IMG/VR virus record: IMGVR_UViG_3300025016_000004
Length of the DNA: 64,000 nt
Source of the DNA: a virus
Taxonomy: Duplodnaviria > Caudoviricetes
Reading direction: 5' to 3' (one strand)
Below, piece by piece: positions 59,223 to 64,000 of this stretch. A program made the position numbers and the translations under genes. The notes beneath the pieces were generated by a model. The model saw nothing but the letters and a program-made list of their open reading frames with translations. It had not been told where the DNA came from and did not search any database. The number at the start of each line of letters is the position of its first letter. The first letter of the stretch is position 1.

Positions 59223-59605
59223 TGAACACTGAAGAACTAAAAAGAATAGCTGATAAGTGGGGTGCTACGGGTTTTTTATCTGGTATACATAAGGAATTAA
59301 GTAAATCTATTGCCGAATTATTTGAATGTGAAGCTTCTTATTTATTAACTGACAACTATTATTATGTTTATATGGTTGAATGTTCAGATGGTACAATATA
59401 CACAGGAATCGCTAGGGACGTTTCTAAGCGCATTTCAGTACATAATAAAGGCAAAGGAGCTAAATACACTAAAACACGCTTACCAGTGACCTTAAAATGG
59501 CAGAAACTGTGTAGAGATAGGTCTATGGCAAGTAAATATGAATATAGAATCAAAAAACTGTCTAGAAAACAGAAATTAAAATTAATAGAAGAATATGGAA
59601 AATGA
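59222..59605 (+). CDS. GIY-YIG (UPF0213-like) nuclease with a capsid-N-terminus-like leader
   Basis: YYVYMVECSDGTIYTG..RISVHNKGKGAKYTKTRLPV; leader DKWGATGFLSGI..IAELFE. Confidence 0.78.
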   Translation: MNTEELKRIADKWGATGFLSGIHKELSKSIAELFECEASYLLTDNYYYVYMVECSDGTIYTGIARDVSKRISVHNKGKGAKYTKTRLPVTLKWQKLCRDRSMASKYEYRIKKLSRKQKLKLIEEYGK

Positions 59606-59789
59606 ATTTAAGGTATTTTCAGGGTCATCGTTTACCCTTACAAGTGATTATACACACTATAAAATTAATGTGAATAATATTAAAACTATTGATGACGTTA
59701 AGCTTATTTTAAGTTATTTAGATATGACCTACTCACCAAAATCAAAAGAAGATTTTGAGAAGATGAAACATTTGTTAATAATTAATTAA
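59595..59789 (+). CDS. Hypothetical protein
   Basis: 64-aa ORF overlapping the upstream gene. Confidence 0.5.
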   Translation: MENEFKVFSGSSFTLTSDYTHYKINVNNIKTIDDVKLILSYLDMTYSPKSKEDFEKMKHLLIIN

Positions 59790-59796
59790 TAAAAAT

Positions 59797-59828
59797 TTTG
59801 GTTTTTATCGATAAAATACGTATATTTG
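59797..59828 (+). promoter_or_regulatory. Bacteroidota-type sigma promoter
   Basis: TTTG-N20-TATATTTG. Confidence 0.72.
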
Positions 59829-59851
59829 CTGTCTAACCGTAAATTATATCG

Positions 59852-60025
59852 ATGAAAAACAAAGATTTTGATAAATTTAAGTATTTACTTAGGACTTCTT
59901 ATATCCATAATAAAAAATATAATAATATACCTGAATCTAGGTATACTAACGCTTGGGGTTTAATACTAATACCTTTAATTATTTTTATAAGTATTATATA
60001 TTATACTTTTAAGGTCTGGTTGTAG
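59852..60025 (+). CDS. Small membrane protein, 57 aa (not in ORF track)
   Basis: MKNKDFDK..AWGLILIPLIIFISIIYYTFKVWL; directly downstream of the promoter. Confidence 0.55.
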   Translation: MKNKDFDKFKYLLRTSYIHNKKYNNIPESRYTNAWGLILIPLIIFISIIYYTFKVWL

Positions 60026-60668
60026 TTCTCCAAATTTTGGTATAATCCCAACCAGTTTTTTCGTGGATTAATTCATAATAATCACCAGCCATCTTTTTAT
60101 TAGCGGTACCCATAAAAAATAGATTTTTTATCTTATTATCTTTAGCGGCTTTTGATAGAGCATGATGAAGTCGTTGCGCATCCCGTTTACATTTACAAAT
60201 TACCATATCAAATTGGTCTTCAACATGAATAAGTAATTTATTATTTACAACAACCACTTGTTTGGTTTTTTTAGGGTCACCCATACCAACCATAAGTAAT
60301 TGTATAATATCTATGATAGTTTTTCTATCATTTCGTTTATCATAACCATAAACCCAGAATTCTTCTTCAACATCATAACTAGAATCATGTAATACAGTCC
60401 AAATACCAAAAATAGGTTTTTCATAGACTAATTTACCCATTCTATCTCTAATTAATCTAGGTTCATCAGTTTCATCATAATCTTTAACAACATATATTTT
60501 ATATTCTACAGGTATGATGCCGTTATAATTGATATATTCTTTTCTAAATAGTACATTGTTTTCCATTTTAATTTTATTAAAATTAAGGAAAGACGTTTGC
60601 TCTTTTTTACATTTATGAAGGGTTTTTTTATATTCCCCGTTTCTAGTTAAGATTACACGATATAGCAT
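60009..60668 (-). CDS. Hypothetical protein
   Basis: 219-aa ORF on the minus strand; codon usage matches neighbours. Confidence 0.65.
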   Translation of the reverse strand: MLYRVILTRNGEYKKTLHKCKKEQTSFLNFNKIKMENNVLFRKEYINYNGIIPVEYKIYVVKDYDETDEPRLIRDRMGKLVYEKPIFGIWTVLHDSSYDVEEEFWVYGYDKRNDRKTIIDIIQLLMVGMGDPKKTKQVVVVNNKLLIHVEDQFDMVICKCKRDAQRLHHALSKAAKDNKIKNLFFMGTANKKMAGDYYELIHEKTGWDYTKIWRTTTRP

Positions 60669-60704
60669 ATGTTAAATATAAAGATAATATTTTAATAGTA
60701 AAGA

Positions 60705-60736
60705 CTTGGTTTATAGGTTTTTTTTTAGTATATTTG
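60705..60736 (+). promoter_or_regulatory. Sigma promoter for dnaJ
   Basis: CTTG-N20-TATATTTG. Confidence 0.72.
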
Positions 60737-60752
60737 CACATAAATGTAACTT

Positions 60753-61793
60753 ATGAGTAAAGACTTATATAAAATTCTGGAAATTGATAAAAATGCCAGC
60801 GAAAGTGATATTAAAAAAGCTTATCGTACTATGGCAAAAAAATACCATCCAGATAAGAATCCAGATAATAAAGAAGCTGAGCAAAAATTCAAAGACGTTG
60901 CTGAAGCTTATGAAGTATTGAGTGACCCTAATAAAAAAGCTAGGTATGATTCGATGGGTTATGATGCGTATAATGGTGGCCCTACTCAAAACCATGCGAA
61001 TCCCCATGATATGTTTGCAAATTTCTTCAACTCTATGCGAGAGCAACAAGAAAATGAACAACTTAAAAGGCAACACACCATTATTCAAAAAATAGCTTTG
61101 ACTATGGAAGAAGTTTATCATGGTGTGACCAAGAAATTTAAATATAAAAGGTCAGTTAAATGCGGTACTTGTAATGGTAAAGGTGGTGAGAATATAGTTA
61201 GATGTGAAGCGTGTAACGGGCAAGGCGTTCAATATAGAATTATACAAACTCAACTTGGTAGAATGCAAGAAACCATTTCATGTAATTCATGTAGTGGTCG
61301 AGGGTTTAAAATTGGTAAGACATGTAATTCATGTAGTGGTCAGGGTCTCGTTAGAGTAGATGAAATTTTAGAAGTTAAAATACCTCATAGTGTAATGCCT
61401 AACCAACATATAGTATCCCGTAATAAAGGTCATTATTATGCCGATAGAAGTGGTGAACGTTATGGTGATATGGTAATGTTAGTTGAAATAAATCAAGATA
61501 AGTACACAATTATTGAAGATTATGGTTTGATGTCTAAAGTTGATATACCATATGAAGTAATGGTATTGGGCGGTGAATTTACCTTTGATTCGGTAGATGG
61601 TTCTAAGGTAAAGGTACCAGTTTCTAAATTAAGTGATATAGGTCATAAATTAAAATTAAAGGGTAAAGGATTGAAAAACCCTAATCAAAGTGTAAGAGGG
61701 GACCAATACATTATGCTTGATTTAAAATTCCCTACAGAAATTACAGAAGAAGAAGAAAAATTACTTAATGAATTAAAAAAATTAAAGGGATAG
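60753..61793 (+). CDS. dnaJ: DnaJ chaperone
   Basis: J-domain with HPD; four CxxCxGxG repeats; C-terminal GDQYI..FP. Confidence 0.95.
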   Translation: MSKDLYKILEIDKNASESDIKKAYRTMAKKYHPDKNPDNKEAEQKFKDVAEAYEVLSDPNKKARYDSMGYDAYNGGPTQNHANPHDMFANFFNSMREQQENEQLKRQHTIIQKIALTMEEVYHGVTKKFKYKRSVKCGTCNGKGGENIVRCEACNGQGVQYRIIQTQLGRMQETISCNSCSGRGFKIGKTCNSCSGQGLVRVDEILEVKIPHSVMPNQHIVSRNKGHYYADRSGERYGDMVMLVEINQDKYTIIEDYGLMSKVDIPYEVMVLGGEFTFDSVDGSKVKVPVSKLSDIGHKLKLKGKGLKNPNQSVRGDQYIMLDLKFPTEITEEEEKLLNELKKLKG

Positions 61794-61825
61794 CTTGTTT
61801 ATTCCCTTTTTTTTTAGTTATATTG
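61794..61825 (+). promoter_or_regulatory. Sigma promoter-like motif upstream of the clpP operon
   Basis: CTTG-N20-TTATATTG. Confidence 0.5.
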
Positions 61826-61851
61826 CATATAAATTAATAAAAATAGATATT

Positions 61852-62283
61852 ATGGCAAAATGGGGAGAACCTTCAGATGAAACTTTTAAAAAAGTCACAG
61901 ATGTGTTAATTAGTACTGGGTTAGAAAACTTAGTAGACACTAAAATAATTTTAAATGATGACCAAAAAAAGGTTATAGTGGTTCAAAAAGAATCGGCAGT
62001 TAATAAATTCGCTTATGGTTATGATTTAAAACTAACCATAAATGAAATAATTTTTGATGGATTAACAGATATTCAACAAGTACAAATTATTGAAGAAGCG
62101 TTGGCTGGTACTTGGTATGATTTCGATAACGATAAGTTAGTTGTTAATGCACCTGATAAAGTTTACAGGTCATTCATTGAAAAATATGGGTGGGATGAAA
62201 CTGAAAAATTACGTGAGTCAGTTAAATCTTTATATGATAAAGAAAAAAATAACGGTGAAGACCCTAACGTAGATACTGAGTAA
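61852..62283 (+). CDS. Hypothetical protein, possibly a degenerate phage metallopeptidase-like fold
   Basis: LTINEIIFDGL..IIEEALAG; no HExxH motif. Confidence 0.5.
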   Translation: MAKWGEPSDETFKKVTDVLISTGLENLVDTKIILNDDQKKVIVVQKESAVNKFAYGYDLKLTINEIIFDGLTDIQQVQIIEEALAGTWYDFDNDKLVVNAPDKVYRSFIEKYGWDETEKLRESVKSLYDKEKNNGEDPNVDTE

Positions 62284-62286
62284 TAT

Positions 62287-62991
62287 ATGGGATTAGATTT
62301 TTATAGTGAATTTAAAGATTATGCTATAAAGCATATGGGGATAAGTAGTATGCAATTACATTATTGGGAAAAAACTCAGAATAATATTTATGGTAATTGT
62401 ATGGTCACGGGTAGTATGACACCTATGGTATTAGAGGAAAGACCAATTAGGGTAAGCCAAATGTCAGTATTTGACAGACTTATGATGGATAGAATACTTT
62501 GGTTAGCTGGACCTGTTAATGATTTAATGAGCACAACAGTTCAAGCTCAACTTCTATTTTTAGAAAGCGTTGATAAAAATAAAGATATTACGATTTATGT
62601 AGATTCACCAGGTGGAAGCGTTAAGTCAGGATTATCAATGATTGATAACATGATGTTATGTGAAGCTGATATTAGAACAGTAAATACTGGTATGGCCGCT
62701 TCAATGGGTTCATTGTTGTTAGGTGCTGGAACTAAAGGTAAACGTAGTACGTTAAGATTTAGTAGAGTGATGTTACATCAAGTATCATCAGGTTATGAAG
62801 GTAATATTCAAGACATAGAAATTTCATTTCAAGAATCAAAAAAATACAATAAAACATTATTTGATTTATTAGGTGGTTTTTGTGATAAAGACCCTAAAAA
62901 AGTCATGGAAGATGCTAGTCGAGATTTATGGATGAATGCTGAAGAAGCCTTAACTTATGGAATAGTAGATGAAATAATTACTAAGAAATAA
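62287..62991 (+). CDS. clpP: ATP-dependent Clp protease proteolytic subunit
   Basis: DSPGGSV, GMAASMG (Ser), VMLHQ (His), RDLWM (Asp); Bacteroidota-style N-terminal extension. Confidence 0.95.
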   Translation: MGLDFYSEFKDYAIKHMGISSMQLHYWEKTQNNIYGNCMVTGSMTPMVLEERPIRVSQMSVFDRLMMDRILWLAGPVNDLMSTTVQAQLLFLESVDKNKDITIYVDSPGGSVKSGLSMIDNMMLCEADIRTVNTGMAASMGSLLLGAGTKGKRSTLRFSRVMLHQVSSGYEGNIQDIEISFQESKKYNKTLFDLLGGFCDKDPKKVMEDASRDLWMNAEEALTYGIVDEIITKK

Positions 62992-63344
62992 TGAACAAGA
63001 TAAATATTGTAAATAAAAGTAACCACGCCCCAACCGATAGAGATTTCTATGTAGGTCGGGGTTCGGCTTTTGGCAACCCTTTTACCAGTCAAAAAATAGA
63101 AAGGACTAAAGCTGAATTTCAAGCAAGTAGTAGGGAAGAAGCTATTGAAAAATATGAGACTTACTTAGAAGTGCAATTAAGATTAAAACAAAGAAATGTC
63201 ATCAATGGGCTTGAGAAAATGGTGGAGATGTTGAAAGAAGGTGATATTAATTTAGTATGTTATTGTGCACCAAAGAGATGTCATGCTGAAGTTATAAAAA
63301 ATAAAGTGATGGGGATGTTACTTAAAAATTTAATGCCAGAATAA
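62991..63344 (+). CDS. DUF4326-like protein
   Basis: YVGRGSAFGNPF..LVCYCAPKRCHAEVI. Confidence 0.75.
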   Translation: MNKINIVNKSNHAPTDRDFYVGRGSAFGNPFTSQKIERTKAEFQASSREEAIEKYETYLEVQLRLKQRNVINGLEKMVEMLKEGDINLVCYCAPKRCHAEVIKNKVMGMLLKNLMPE

Positions 63345-63402
63345 TTTGGTGTTTTAAAAAAATCTGTATATTTAAATTATACAAACGTTCTTTAACATAA
63401 TG

Positions 63403-63774
63403 GGGGGTGACTGGATTTGACCAGATTTGACGGAAATTTACAGCATGTAGTGTTAGATTGGAAACACTTTAAATACACTATCAAATTTTTTAAACGGCAA
63501 TATTTTAAATATTGAAGAAAATATCTTTGCTAACGCTACTTGTGGTGTTGCTGGGGAGGTTGTTTTAGCCTAAATTAAAACAATGGTGGTAATCCACTAA
63601 AAACTCGACTCTGATGTGTTACGAGTGAACCGAAAAACACATTAATCCTCTCTTTATCGGATTTAAATTGGTATTGACATATTTTTTGTTATTTTTTTTA
63701 GTAAAAATTTAACTAAACATGTAGACGTACTTTAATGTACTTTTGGGACTGGGTTTCGAATACCCACACCTCCA
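63403..63774 (+). ncRNA. ssrA: tmRNA
   Basis: 5' GGGGGTGACTGGATTTGAC pairs with 3' CACCTCC-A (G3.U70); T-arm TGGGT-TTCGAAT-ACCCA; internal tag ORF 63496-63573. Confidence 0.9.
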
Positions 63775-63893
63775 GGCTATCGAATTAACTCACTTGCACG
63801 TAGTGATAGCCGCACATTTCAATTGGAATGACTAAGAAGTTAATAAATTGTGGAGATTTACTGTTTTACGTGGAGATAAATATATTTATAAGT

Positions 63894-64000
63894 ATGGAAA
63901 TAAAAAATAATTATCAAAGACCACAATTAAATGTAATTTGTTCCACTTGCGGAATATCTTTTAAAAAAGATGGTTCTGAAGTTAGACGTAATGATAAAAT
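63894..64000 (+). CDS. Partial ORF with Zn-finger start, probable homing endonuclease
   Basis: MEIKNN..VICSTCGISFKK..EVRRN; follows TATTTATA; runs off the window end. Confidence 0.45.
   Translation, partial: MEIKNNYQRPQLNVICSTCGISFKKDGSEVRRNDK

Noticed and set aside
3238-62283. Numerous short antisense or alternate-frame ORFs in the track (e.g. 3238-3528, 3616-4128, 41873-42241, 45461-45739, 48392-48775, 54234-54572)
   Set aside because: They lie wholly within well-supported genes on the other strand or frame and show no motifs; these are shadow ORFs.
1-64000. Stop-codon reassignment as in some jumbo phages
   Set aside because: Conserved genes (primase, DnaJ, ClpP, SbcC) are full length in code 11, and TAG/TGA end genes at sensible positions (e.g. 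35383, 61793, 13670).
1-64000. tRNA or rRNA genes, group I/II introns
   Set aside because: The only T-arm/acceptor structure found belongs to the tmRNA; intergenic gaps are too short and AT-rich for intron cores.

Overview
A 64 kb, very AT-rich segment of a large contractile-tailed (T4-like, jumbo) bacteriophage, read in the standard genetic code and almost entirely on the + strand. The host is very likely Bacteroidota (Flavobacteria-like). Evidence: TTTG-N20-TAnnTTTG-type promoters, Bacteroidota-style class II RNR, ClpP, primary-sigma-like factor, Hc1-like and DUF5522-like genes, and SprB-like repeats. Layout: end of nrdJ (1-811); a baseplate/tail/fibre/adhesin module interrupted by free-standing homing endonucleases (0.9-33.6 kb); a replication/recombination module with RuvC-like resolvase, primase, intein-containing PD-(D/E)XK nuclease, SbcD and SbcC (33.6-46.4 kb), containing an antisense cassette of four small genes with a shared N-terminal motif and ADP-ribosyltransferase-like domains; sigma factor, lysis-like and internal-head-like genes (46.4-54.9 kb); small hypothetical genes; and a DnaJ-ClpP-tmRNA cluster at the end. 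Highlights: (1) an atypically split intein (29-aa IntN, 128-aa IntC) in the SbcC Walker A motif, fractured by a Vsr-like endonuclease gene; (2) an orphan 36-aa intein C-fragment fused to half of a nucleoside deoxyribosyltransferase-like domain; (3) a Gly1 class-3 intein in a nuclease active site; (4) a putative capsid-targeted ART effector array with conserved junction sequences; (5) a tmRNA with a 25-aa tag next to phage ClpP; (6) a ~50-bp IS200/IS605-like end remnant. All family assignments come from motif recognition by eye; no database searches were run.
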